Positions 18,819 to 27,034 of a stretch of DNA of 64,000 nt are shown here, in pieces. Origin of the DNA: a virus (taxonomy: Duplodnaviria > Caudoviricetes); IMG/VR virus record IMGVR_UViG_3300020577_014401, positions 32,001 to 96,000 of that record; one strand, 5' to 3'. The notes under the pieces are model-generated. The model was given only the letters and a program-made list of their open reading frames with translations. It had not been told where the DNA came from and did not search any database. Position 1 is the first letter of the stretch. Every line of letters starts with the position of its first letter. The translations under genes were made by a program, and so were the position numbers.

Positions 18819-19735
18819 GCATGGAATACAAACTCGTCGTGAGACGCAAAGGAGTCGGAGACACAGTGGCGATCTCGCCCTTGGTGCGGGATCTTCACCG
18901 TTTCAGACCGGATATCCGGATATCCGTCGAAGGCACGTTGGCTTCGGAAATTTTCAAACACGACCCGAGAGTCTCGACCTGGTCCGGAAACGGACGGGAA
19001 GTTGTGATCGACTACAAGCCGACTCACGATCGGGCTCGGTTCGACAAATCCGCCAGGTACCTGCTCGCCGGACTGGAAGACTTTAACCTCCAGACCGGCC
19101 TCAGTGTCCCGGCCGGCGATCCTAGACCCGAGCTCGTCCTGCTCGACGAGGAACGACCGGAACCGTCGGCCTATCCTTACATCGTCCTGGCTTCCGGTGT
19201 GAAACTGGACATGCCGCTGAAGCGGTACCCGCATAACCGTTGGGCCGAACTGGTGAGGCTCGGTTCGGCTCTGGGTTGGAAATTCCGACAGGTCGGCCAA
19301 ATCCACGACGGCAGGTTGCCGCATATCCAGGAAGCGATTCCTGGCGCCGACAACCTTCTCGGCAAGACATCGATCAGGCAGTTGTTCCGCGTGATCTCCG
19401 GGGCGGCCGCCGTGGTCTGCCACGTCTCGCTGCCGATGTTGATCGCGTCGGCCTTCCGTGTCCCGTGCATCGTTCTCGGGGGCGGGCGGGAGAACCCTTG
19501 GCTGTTCGCCGACATGGGAGTCGACTATCTTCACACCATCGGCGAGCTCGGGTGTTGTCAGCTGCACGGCTGCCATGCTTGTTTCGCCAAACCGGCCCAC
19601 GACGGAGCCTATCCTCCCGGCAGTCTTTGCGCCGATCCGGTGGAATGCGAGAACGGGTCCGCGGTCGGGCGGTGCATGACGCTCATTGAGCCGTCCGAGA
19701 TCGTCGATCGTCTGAGCGTACTCGTCCGACCCTAA
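18815..19735 (+). CDS. GT9-family (ADP-heptose-type) glycosyltransferase
   Basis: 'GVGDTVAISPLVRDL', 'KRYPHNRWAELV', 'NLLGKTSIRQLFRVISGA', 'PCIVLGG', C-terminal Cys cluster. Confidence 0.85.
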   Translation: MSMEYKLVVRRKGVGDTVAISPLVRDLHRFRPDIRISVEGTLASEIFKHDPRVSTWSGNGREVVIDYKPTHDRARFDKSARYLLAGLEDFNLQTGLSVPAGDPRPELVLLDEERPEPSAYPYIVLASGVKLDMPLKRYPHNRWAELVRLGSALGWKFRQVGQIHDGRLPHIQEAIPGADNLLGKTSIRQLFRVISGAAAVVCHVSLPMLIASAFRVPCIVLGGGRENPWLFADMGVDYLHTIGELGCCQLHGCHACFAKPAHDGAYPPGSLCADPVECENGSAVGRCMTLIEPSEIVDRLSVLVRP

Positions 19736-19826
19736 AATCTCACCTTATGCACGGCATTATTACTTGCGGACGAATACGTCGTCCGCGAAGGGGCCGCCTT
19801 CTTGTTAGCGGTCAGGAGCACGATCG

Positions 19827-21083
19827 TTGAGCACACCGATTCAAGATCTGATGGACGACGTCGAAGCGTGCATGGACGTCGGCAGTGTGGCGTACATCCT
19901 CGGCCCGCCCGGCTGCGGCAAGACCGCGGCCATCTCCGCCTTGGCCAAGAAGCGCGGCGGGTTCTTCGCCGCCATCGTCGGATCGATTTCCGACCCGACC
20001 GACATCTCCGGGTTTCCCGTGGTCACGCAGGCCGAGCACTCCGATTCGGCCGGGCGAAAGACGCCGTCCCTGAAGTTCGCCCCGAGAGACTTGCTGGTCC
20101 GTCTCAATGATGAGGGTGGCGTCCTGTTCCTCGATGAACTGACATCCTGCCCACCGGCGACCCAGGCCTCGCTGCTCACCGGCATCTGCGATTGGCGATT
20201 CGGCGATTTCCAGCTGGACCGTCACAGGGTGGCGATCGTCGCCGCCGGCAACCCGGCCGATATCGCGGCCAACGGTCAAGAGCTGGCCGACCCCATGAAC
20301 AACCGGCTCGAGCATTTCGAGTTCCCGGTCGATTCCTCGGCGATCTACGAGTGGTGCTCGCAGTTCCCGGGCTATTGGGGCGACCCGCCGAAGGTGGGGT
20401 TCATCAGCCGGCACGGCGAACGGTTCATTTCGCCGGAATACCTGCTCCGGGCCCGATCGGCCGTCGCCGGGTACATCCGCAAGAACACGAAGGCGTGGTT
20501 GGACGAGCGATTCGACAAGAATTCCTCATCCAAGGATTCGTCGAAGGACCGAGTCAGCCCGGCGTGGCCGAGCCCGCGGTCTTGGGGTCGAGTCGCCAAC
20601 CATCTGGCGAAGGCGCTCGACCAGAAGAAGTCGCCGCTCTCGGCCATGCGGCGAATCACGGCCGCCATCGGTCACGCGCAGGCCGTTCAGTTCCAAACGT
20701 ATCTGCGGGAAGTCGACCTGCCGGATCCCGAGATGCTGCTGGCGAATCCGGACAAGTACAAGCCGACCGGCCGACTCGACATCGATTTCGCGACAACAAT
20801 GTCGGTCATCGCCGCTCTCGAGTCGAACGTCACCGGTGACCGCTACGTGGCTTCCTGGAAAATCTGCCGGACGGCTGTCGAGGACAAGGGCGAAGCCGGG
20901 CCGGCGTACGAGGCCGGAATGGCGGCGGCGATCCGCTTGTCGAAGTTCCTGAAGCGGCAAACCGTCGAAGGGAAGAAGCTGTACGAATCGGGCAGCGACC
21001 TGAACAAGGTCATCCTCGATTCGCATAAGCTGTCCAAGCCGTTCCTGAAGCTGATCAAGGAAGCCGCCGGGGAGCTCTCATGA
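19827..21083 (+). CDS. MoxR-type AAA+ ATPase
   Basis: Walker A GPPGCGKT, Walker B LFLDE, 'AAGNP', 'SPRSW'. Confidence 0.9.
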   Translation: MSTPIQDLMDDVEACMDVGSVAYILGPPGCGKTAAISALAKKRGGFFAAIVGSISDPTDISGFPVVTQAEHSDSAGRKTPSLKFAPRDLLVRLNDEGGVLFLDELTSCPPATQASLLTGICDWRFGDFQLDRHRVAIVAAGNPADIAANGQELADPMNNRLEHFEFPVDSSAIYEWCSQFPGYWGDPPKVGFISRHGERFISPEYLLRARSAVAGYIRKNTKAWLDERFDKNSSSKDSSKDRVSPAWPSPRSWGRVANHLAKALDQKKSPLSAMRRITAAIGHAQAVQFQTYLREVDLPDPEMLLANPDKYKPTGRLDIDFATTMSVIAALESNVTGDRYVASWKICRTAVEDKGEAGPAYEAGMAAAIRLSKFLKRQTVEGKKLYESGSDLNKVILDSHKLSKPFLKLIKEAAGELS

Positions 21084-22480
21084 GTTCGGAAAAACAGTCG
21101 TCCTCGGCCGAGCCCGCGGACTGGGAGGTTTCTGACAAGGCCAAGGAGATTTTCAGCCTGGCCCGCACCGCCATTCCGCTTTACTGGCCGTTCTTGACCG
21201 CGGCGGCTTATCGGTTGGTGCCCCGCTGGACTCCACTCGTGCCGACGATGGCGGTCGACAAGTGGTGGAGGCTCTACCTCAATCCGAAGTTCGTGGAGAC
21301 GAAAACGCCGCCCGCCCTCGCCTTGCTGATTGTCGGTCATGAGCTGCAGCATCTCCTTATGCAGCACCATTCCCGGTTGATGGAGTACCGCGACCGTTCG
21401 CTGATCATCAACGGGGTGGAGCACGATTTCGCCAACATCTGCAACGATCTGGCCATCAACTCGTCGCTGAAGCAATTCGCAGCGACGGGGATCGCCTATC
21501 GGACCCAGGTGTCGGCGAAGCCGGCCGGCAAGCTGGAGGCGCCTGTCGAAGCGATGTACCCGGAGAACTTCGTCGACAAGCAAGGCAACAAGTTTCCGAA
21601 CGGATTGATCTCGGAGCGGTACGCCGAGCTTTTCGAGAAGAACGCCCAAGCGAAACCGAAAAGTGGAAAAGCGGGCGGTACCGGCAAACCGTGTTCCGGC
21701 CAGTGTGGTTCGGGCGGCGGTCAACAGGCCGGCGACTGGGAAGACAAGGGGGACGCCGACCCGGACAAGCCCACCACGGGTGTGACGAAAGAAGAGGCGG
21801 ATGTGCTCGCCAGGCACACGGCCGAAGCGGCACGGGAGCAGGCGCAGAAGCACCGCGGCACCGTGCCGGGCAACATGGAATTGTGGGCTGAAGTCCAGCT
21901 CAGCCCCCCGAAGATCGATTGGCGGAAGCAGTTGGCCCCCATCGTTCGGAAGGGGTTGAACTGGGCGGCCGGCCGGACCAACTACTCGTTCTCTCGACCG
22001 AATCGGAGAGCGATCGCTTCCATGTCGAAGGTCGTCCTCCCCGGCATGTATTCGCCGAAGCCGAAGTTCGTTGTCGCCCTCGACACCAGCGGGTCGATGG
22101 GAAGGAAGGATTACGCAATCGCGTTCTCGGAGTTGAAGTCCGTACTGGCGACTTGCGGGATCCCCAAGATCCCGTTCTTCTCCGTCGACGCCCAGGCGTA
22201 TGACATCCAGATGATTTCCAAGTTGGAGGACATCAAGCTCACCGGCGGCGGCGGGACGGACATGGGGCTGGCCGTCAAAGTCGCCTCCGAGATCCCCGGC
22301 ATCAGTCTGATCATCGTGCTGACCGACGGGGTCACCGATTGGTGCCCGCCGCCCCCGAACGACATCCGTGTCATCATCGTTCTCACACAGAAGGAGACGG
22401 AGAGCTACCCCGCCCCGTCGTGGGCGACAGTGATGGAAGCATTCGACGAAAAGAGAAAACCCGACCATGATGACGATTGA
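21080..22480 (+). CDS. HExxH metallopeptidase-like + VWA domain protein (DUF2201-like)
   Basis: 'TMAVD', HELQH, 'DLAIN', MIDAS 'DTSGSM', 'GGGGTD', 'LTDG'. Confidence 0.88.
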   Translation: MSSEKQSSSAEPADWEVSDKAKEIFSLARTAIPLYWPFLTAAAYRLVPRWTPLVPTMAVDKWWRLYLNPKFVETKTPPALALLIVGHELQHLLMQHHSRLMEYRDRSLIINGVEHDFANICNDLAINSSLKQFAATGIAYRTQVSAKPAGKLEAPVEAMYPENFVDKQGNKFPNGLISERYAELFEKNAQAKPKSGKAGGTGKPCSGQCGSGGGQQAGDWEDKGDADPDKPTTGVTKEEADVLARHTAEAAREQAQKHRGTVPGNMELWAEVQLSPPKIDWRKQLAPIVRKGLNWAAGRTNYSFSRPNRRAIASMSKVVLPGMYSPKPKFVVALDTSGSMGRKDYAIAFSELKSVLATCGIPKIPFFSVDAQAYDIQMISKLEDIKLTGGGGTDMGLAVKVASEIPGISLIIVLTDGVTDWCPPPPNDIRVIIVLTQKETESYPAPSWATVMEAFDEKRKPDHDDD

Positions 22481-22522
22481 AGCGGCTCGCAAAATTCAGT
22501 CGTCGTGGGTATCATCAACTCC

Positions 22523-22795
22523 ATGTCAGTTTTGACTCTGGACCGGAATTCCATCCGGACGTATGCCGCCAGGAGGAACGTGCAAGTCGCGTTCCCGTTC
22601 CTGGCGGCATACGCCAAAGTCCAATCTCCGGGGTGTTGCGGCGGCTCGTCGCCGCCGATCAACGGAACCCCGGCCTTGCGGCAAATCGCTTCCCTGCCGA
22701 AAGATCGGCAGGAGGAGCTGAAACGGCTGCTCGGGGTCTCGACGATCCGGCTTCGGATCGTCGAAGCCGGCCGATCGAAGTCAGTCGAAATCTGA
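22523..22795 (+). CDS. Hypothetical protein
   Basis: Compact ORF with CCGG peptide motif; fills the gap between genes. Confidence 0.55.
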   Translation: MSVLTLDRNSIRTYAARRNVQVAFPFLAAYAKVQSPGCCGGSSPPINGTPALRQIASLPKDRQEELKRLLGVSTIRLRIVEAGRSKSVEI

Positions 22796-22818
22796 ACTGG
22801 AGAGAGGATTTCCGCATC

Positions 22819-23199
22819 ATGGAGAAGAACTACCAGATCGATCCCAAACGGATCTACGGTATGTCCGACAACCAGGTCGACCCGGATGCTCCGGGCAGCA
22901 TCTGGGTGCCGGTGGTCAGCGCCGACCGGGAGGAGTGCGACAGCCCGGATGCCAAGATCTATGTCACCCGTTACGTTTCCTCGAAGAAGAACGGCGGTCA
23001 GGGCTGCAGCATCGATCGCACTGTCGGCCCTGAACCCGACGCCGGGCAAAGCGCGCCGACCGGGCCGGCCGGCATGGGCCGGGTGATCAGCGCCGACGAG
23101 TACCGGGCCCAGATCGCTCGGGTCAAGTTCAAGCAATCCGCCGGCGAAGCCCAGCGGTTTGTGGCCTTCCACCGGGTGCGTCTTGCCGACTTCATCTGA
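22819..23199 (+). CDS. Hypothetical protein
   Basis: GAGAGGA SD before ATG 22819. Confidence 0.6.
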   Translation: MEKNYQIDPKRIYGMSDNQVDPDAPGSIWVPVVSADREECDSPDAKIYVTRYVSSKKNGGQGCSIDRTVGPEPDAGQSAPTGPAGMGRVISADEYRAQIARVKFKQSAGEAQRFVAFHRVRLADFI

Positions 23200-23695
23200 A
23201 CCAGTCGGGGCGCTCGACGAGATCTTCGTCGGGTGCGCCTCCGGGGTCGTGACCGGGGCCGTTCGAAAGCAATTCGAATCGGCCCTTGTCCGCAAGGAAG
23301 ATGGACTCGCCAAGACCGCGGCGGCCGTCTGGATCACGGACTTCCTGCTGAAGGAACTCCCGGACAAGGCCGCTGGAATTTGGTTGATGGCCGGCGGTGG
23401 TTTGATTCAGGAGCCATCCGAGAAGCTGGTGGGCCGACTATTCGACAGCCGGGTCGACGATCCGTCACCGATCCTGTCGATCTCCAGCGGGCGCTACGTG
23501 GCAATCACGGGATTGCCGTTTCTGTTCGATTTGTCCGAAGGATGCAAGTTGTCCGGACCGAAATCGGACGTGTTCGAGACGCGGGTGTTCAACCTGCGCA
23601 TTCTGATCAGAAGCTGCCTTGAAAGGGTCAAGAAATGGACGAGCTCGCAGGCCGGGTCTGGGGAGACCCGGAAAGTCCGGCCGTCTGCCTCTTAG
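23159..23695 (+). CDS. Hypothetical protein (start uncertain)
   Basis: Protein-like composition; fills the gap between neighbours. Confidence 0.5.
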   Translation: MWPSTGCVLPTSSEPVGALDEIFVGCASGVVTGAVRKQFESALVRKEDGLAKTAAAVWITDFLLKELPDKAAGIWLMAGGGLIQEPSEKLVGRLFDSRVDDPSPILSISSGRYVAITGLPFLFDLSEGCKLSGPKSDVFETRVFNLRILIRSCLERVKKWTSSQAGSGETRKVRPSAS

Positions 23696-24342
23696 CTCTC
23701 GCCATCGACCGACATTGGGAAACCGACGGCCAGGGTCGACTGCTCTGCATGAACTGGCTGCCGCAGACCTGGCACCAAGAAATCGTCCAAGACACCGGCT
23801 CCGAACCGCACCCGCGATGCCTCGACCGGCTCGGTGCGGCTCTGGCTTTGTGCAACAACCCGGACGAGTATTACCACTCCGTGCCGGGGTTTCGGGACAT
23901 CTGTTCCGGCCTGGCGTCGGATTGGTTCGACTCCCGAGTCGATCAGCACCTGACGACCGACGAGTTGCTGCGCGGGCTGGTCGAAGCGCACATGATCCAT
24001 CCTCCGCACGAGACGGAGAAGTTCTCCCCGCAGGTCGTTCGCTACGTCAACATGGTGGCCCGTCACGACGGTTTCTCGAAACTGCCTGAACCGATCAAAT
24101 CGTTCGGAATCCCCGCCGACCCCGGTGTCGACTGGGGTAGTGATCTGTCCGGCGACGAGGAACTCTTCGACCTGGCCGCCGGTGCGGAGGAAGACCGCCA
24201 GCAAGACCTGATCGATTCGCTGAGTTCGTTCCTGCTCGACCTGGCCGACCGGCTCGGCAGGCTGCCTTTGAAACACATCAAGAACGCCAAATCCGTGGCG
24301 GATGACATCCTCAAGAGGGTGCCACGAATTCCGGCCGAATAG
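23635..24342 (+). CDS. Hypothetical protein
   Basis: Acidic, protein-like 235-aa ORF. Confidence 0.65.
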   Translation: MDELAGRVWGDPESPAVCLLALAIDRHWETDGQGRLLCMNWLPQTWHQEIVQDTGSEPHPRCLDRLGAALALCNNPDEYYHSVPGFRDICSGLASDWFDSRVDQHLTTDELLRGLVEAHMIHPPHETEKFSPQVVRYVNMVARHDGFSKLPEPIKSFGIPADPGVDWGSDLSGDEELFDLAAGAEEDRQQDLIDSLSSFLLDLADRLGRLPLKHIKNAKSVADDILKRVPRIPAE

Positions 24343-24351
24343 CCGGATATC
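24339..24351. promoter_or_regulatory. Recurrent palindromic motif copy (ATAGCCGGATATC)
   Basis: Overlaps a stop codon, 25 bp before the next start; same 13-mer recurs elsewhere. Confidence 0.6.
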
Positions 24352-24376
24352 GCCGCGGGGAAAGGATTTCAATCCA

Positions 24377-25456
24377 GTGTCCGTATTCCGCGAGTATCTC
24401 CTGAAAACCTACGCCGACAGCCCCGATGCTGTCGGCGACTTCGTTTCCAAGTCTTACGTGTTCGTTCGCATCAAGCAGCGCTTCTGGCGCGGCTATCGCA
24501 AGGCCAAGGGGGTCGGGCTGCAGTTGGAAGGGGTCGAGTCCAAGGACAAGATCGCTGACGCCATGACCCAGCCGTCCTGGAAGCTGGCTCCGAAGGAACT
24601 GGTCAGTGAGTTCCAGAACTTCTCCACCAGCGTCGAGCAGGCCGTGTCCCGGTGGGCCATCTCGCCCCGCGAAGACGACGAGAATGAAGAACGGGCGGTC
24701 GCCGCGGTTCTCGTCGGGGGCGGCCGCTACATGGTCGACGTCGCCGTGTGGCCGCAGCTGCAGGACTTCCTCTCCTCGGTCCAGACGAAGTGGTCGGAGG
24801 CCGCCGATCACTGGTGTACCGAAGACGGTCACGCGAAGCTCCACGATCACGTCAAATCCCAATATGGCGATGAGGTTTACGGCCGCATCTCCAAGCTCAT
24901 CCCGGAACGGAACTCGATGCGGTCGCGGTTCGGGTTGAGCGTCCGGACGGCGCCCGTCAAAATCGTCGAGGAGGGTTCGACCTCCGATGCCTCCAAGCAG
25001 GGTCGCCGCGACGAAGTGGTCGATCTGCTCGAACTGGCCGTGAAGACCCCTCGCGAAGAGGCCGCCGAGGTCTGGGAAGAAGTCGGCAACCGGCTGGTGG
25101 AATTCGACGGCGAGCGGTGGTCGGCCAAGAAGCGGTACGTCGAAAGGGATGGAACGTCCAAGGAGACCAACCGGGTCGTCCAAGTCAGGACCGTCCAGAT
25201 GGTGAACACGACGGCCAAGGCCTTGTCCCGGGGCGAGCGGTACCTGGACCCGGTCACCAAGTCCTTTCGTGACAAGATCGTCAAGGAGTTCCCCGCCGAC
25301 GCCGGATCGGCCAAGGATGTCGCCAAGTTGCTGGCGTCGAACGATCAGGTCGCCGTTCAGCTCGGTTGCCTGCTGATCGAGGCCGCCAAGGCGTGCCGCG
25401 ACGAAGCGGCCATGTGCGAAGGTCTGTCGGCCGCAGTCGCGGTTGGAGTCCAATGA
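24377..25456 (+). CDS. Helical protein, DUF3150-like (tentative)
   Basis: AAAGGA SD + GTG; 'SWKLAPKE', 'GGRYMV', 'MRSRFG'; near the AAA/VWA pair. Confidence 0.5.
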   Translation: MSVFREYLLKTYADSPDAVGDFVSKSYVFVRIKQRFWRGYRKAKGVGLQLEGVESKDKIADAMTQPSWKLAPKELVSEFQNFSTSVEQAVSRWAISPREDDENEERAVAAVLVGGGRYMVDVAVWPQLQDFLSSVQTKWSEAADHWCTEDGHAKLHDHVKSQYGDEVYGRISKLIPERNSMRSRFGLSVRTAPVKIVEEGSTSDASKQGRRDEVVDLLELAVKTPREEAAEVWEEVGNRLVEFDGERWSAKKRYVERDGTSKETNRVVQVRTVQMVNTTAKALSRGERYLDPVTKSFRDKIVKEFPADAGSAKDVAKLLASNDQVAVQLGCLLIEAAKACRDEAAMCEGLSAAVAVGVQ

Positions 25457-25941
25457 CCGACTTCGGCACCGGAGTTCAGTATCGTTCGATTCGACCGCGG
25501 GGCGACCGTAGGCCGGCGACCAAGCTGCGCAAACTCGGGAGACACTATGTGATCCCGAGTTGGCACGACGTCGACAGCGCCATTGTCGCCGAGACATCGA
25601 CCCTGTCGTCGTCCGTGATCGGTTACTTGGGGTTCGAGACGACCAAGACCAACGGAGTCTTGATGCCGAATCTGCAGATCTGTGAAGTGGTCACCGACCC
25701 GACGATCAGCGATGTCGACGCCGACGCGATCTTCATCGGCCTGCTGCGACGGGTGTACGGGGGATTCGACCTTGAGAAGCGAGGCTACTTGCTCGCCAAA
25801 GTGGACGGCGGCGACGAGCGGACCAGACGGTTGCTTGAAGCCGACGGATGGATCGCCACGTCGTACCGGAAAGATCGCAGCTGGATCCCGTACGCGTGGT
25901 TCGCCTTCGACCGGTTCAACAAACCGGTCGAAGGGATCTGA
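25453..25941 (+). CDS. Possible GNAT-fold protein
   Basis: 'VIGYLGF' and 'VDGGDERTRRLLEADGW' resemble GNAT motifs. Confidence 0.4.
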   Translation: MTDFGTGVQYRSIRPRGDRRPATKLRKLGRHYVIPSWHDVDSAIVAETSTLSSSVIGYLGFETTKTNGVLMPNLQICEVVTDPTISDVDADAIFIGLLRRVYGGFDLEKRGYLLAKVDGGDERTRRLLEADGWIATSYRKDRSWIPYAWFAFDRFNKPVEGI

Positions 25942-25945
25942 AGCG

Positions 25946-27034
25946 TCAATTGAGCGACAAGGCCCCAGCGAAAGCTTCTTTCGACTCGGCTTTCCAGTCG
26001 ACCCGAGCCTGGGGTGCCCGTTCGATCGGCTCGACACCCATCGAACGCGCGAGCTTCTCGAACGGGGACGACGGATCGGAGACGGCGGCGACCTTGGCTT
26101 GCAGACTGACGACCGGGCCCATGCCGCAGAGTTCGAAACAGGCCTCATCGGGGACGCGATCAAGGTCCGATTTCAGATACCAGTTTCCGGAAGCGGCCTT
26201 CACGGCCGATGCCAGCTTGAGACGAGCCATCGACGGGGTCATCGAGACCATTCCGCGAAGGGGGTCGTCCTGACCCCATTTGAACCGGTCATCGAGTTTC
26301 TTCCACATGTTCGCGAGTTCGCCGGCATTACGGAACGTCCCGAACTCGTTGATCGACTCCTCGGCGTCGGCCGCCGCCTTGTCGATGGCGTCCGCCAGTT
26401 CCGTGGCGCCGAGTTGGCGGGCCTTCTTGGCCCGAACCGAGAACTCGGTCTTCCAGTTGTCCGTGGGGAGACCGAGCCCGGCTTCGGCCTCGAACCGCCA
26501 CAAACGGTCGGCGTCGATGGCCGAAGGAAACACGTCGGCGGCTTTCACGAGTTGCTCGGCGTAGATCCGTCGATCCTCATCGGAGAAGCGATCGGCCCAT
26601 TGTTCGAAGTAGTTCGCAGCGGACTTGACTTGACCTTCGGTATCCAGGGGATACTTCTGGCAGTGCGGCAACGCCCAGGTTTTCACGGGCGGAGCCGAAG
26701 CCTCCTTCGGCCTGATGGCCTCGAGCCGGTCCCACTCCGAACCGACTCCGAACCATTCGCAGGCTTCCTTGATCCGGTTGCCGACAACCGGGTCGCTGGA
26801 GGCGGTATCGTGGTAAGCAGCCGCGGACAGCCACGCGGAACTGGGGGAGTGGACGGGGTAGGTCTTGGCGGTGTCCGCGTACCCGGTCCTGATCGGAGTT
26901 CCTTCAAAGATCTCGGCCGCCGATTTGTCGAGAAGCCGGTCCGGCATCCCGTACCGACGGATCAGATCGGCAGCGATCGCCCCCGTCCGATCGGACATGG
27001 GACCGGGGGCCAGGCGGGTGTTCAGTGAGTTCAT
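25946..27034 (-). CDS. Hypothetical phage protein (start may be 26998)
   Basis: 362-aa protein-like ORF with two YP(V/L)-type internal modules. Confidence 0.7.
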   Translation of the reverse strand: MNSLNTRLAPGPMSDRTGAIAADLIRRYGMPDRLLDKSAAEIFEGTPIRTGYADTAKTYPVHSPSSAWLSAAAYHDTASSDPVVGNRIKEACEWFGVGSEWDRLEAIRPKEASAPPVKTWALPHCQKYPLDTEGQVKSAANYFEQWADRFSDEDRRIYAEQLVKAADVFPSAIDADRLWRFEAEAGLGLPTDNWKTEFSVRAKKARQLGATELADAIDKAAADAEESINEFGTFRNAGELANMWKKLDDRFKWGQDDPLRGMVSMTPSMARLKLASAVKAASGNWYLKSDLDRVPDEACFELCGMGPVVSLQAKVAAVSDPSSPFEKLARSMGVEPIERAPQARVDWKAESKEAFAGALSLN

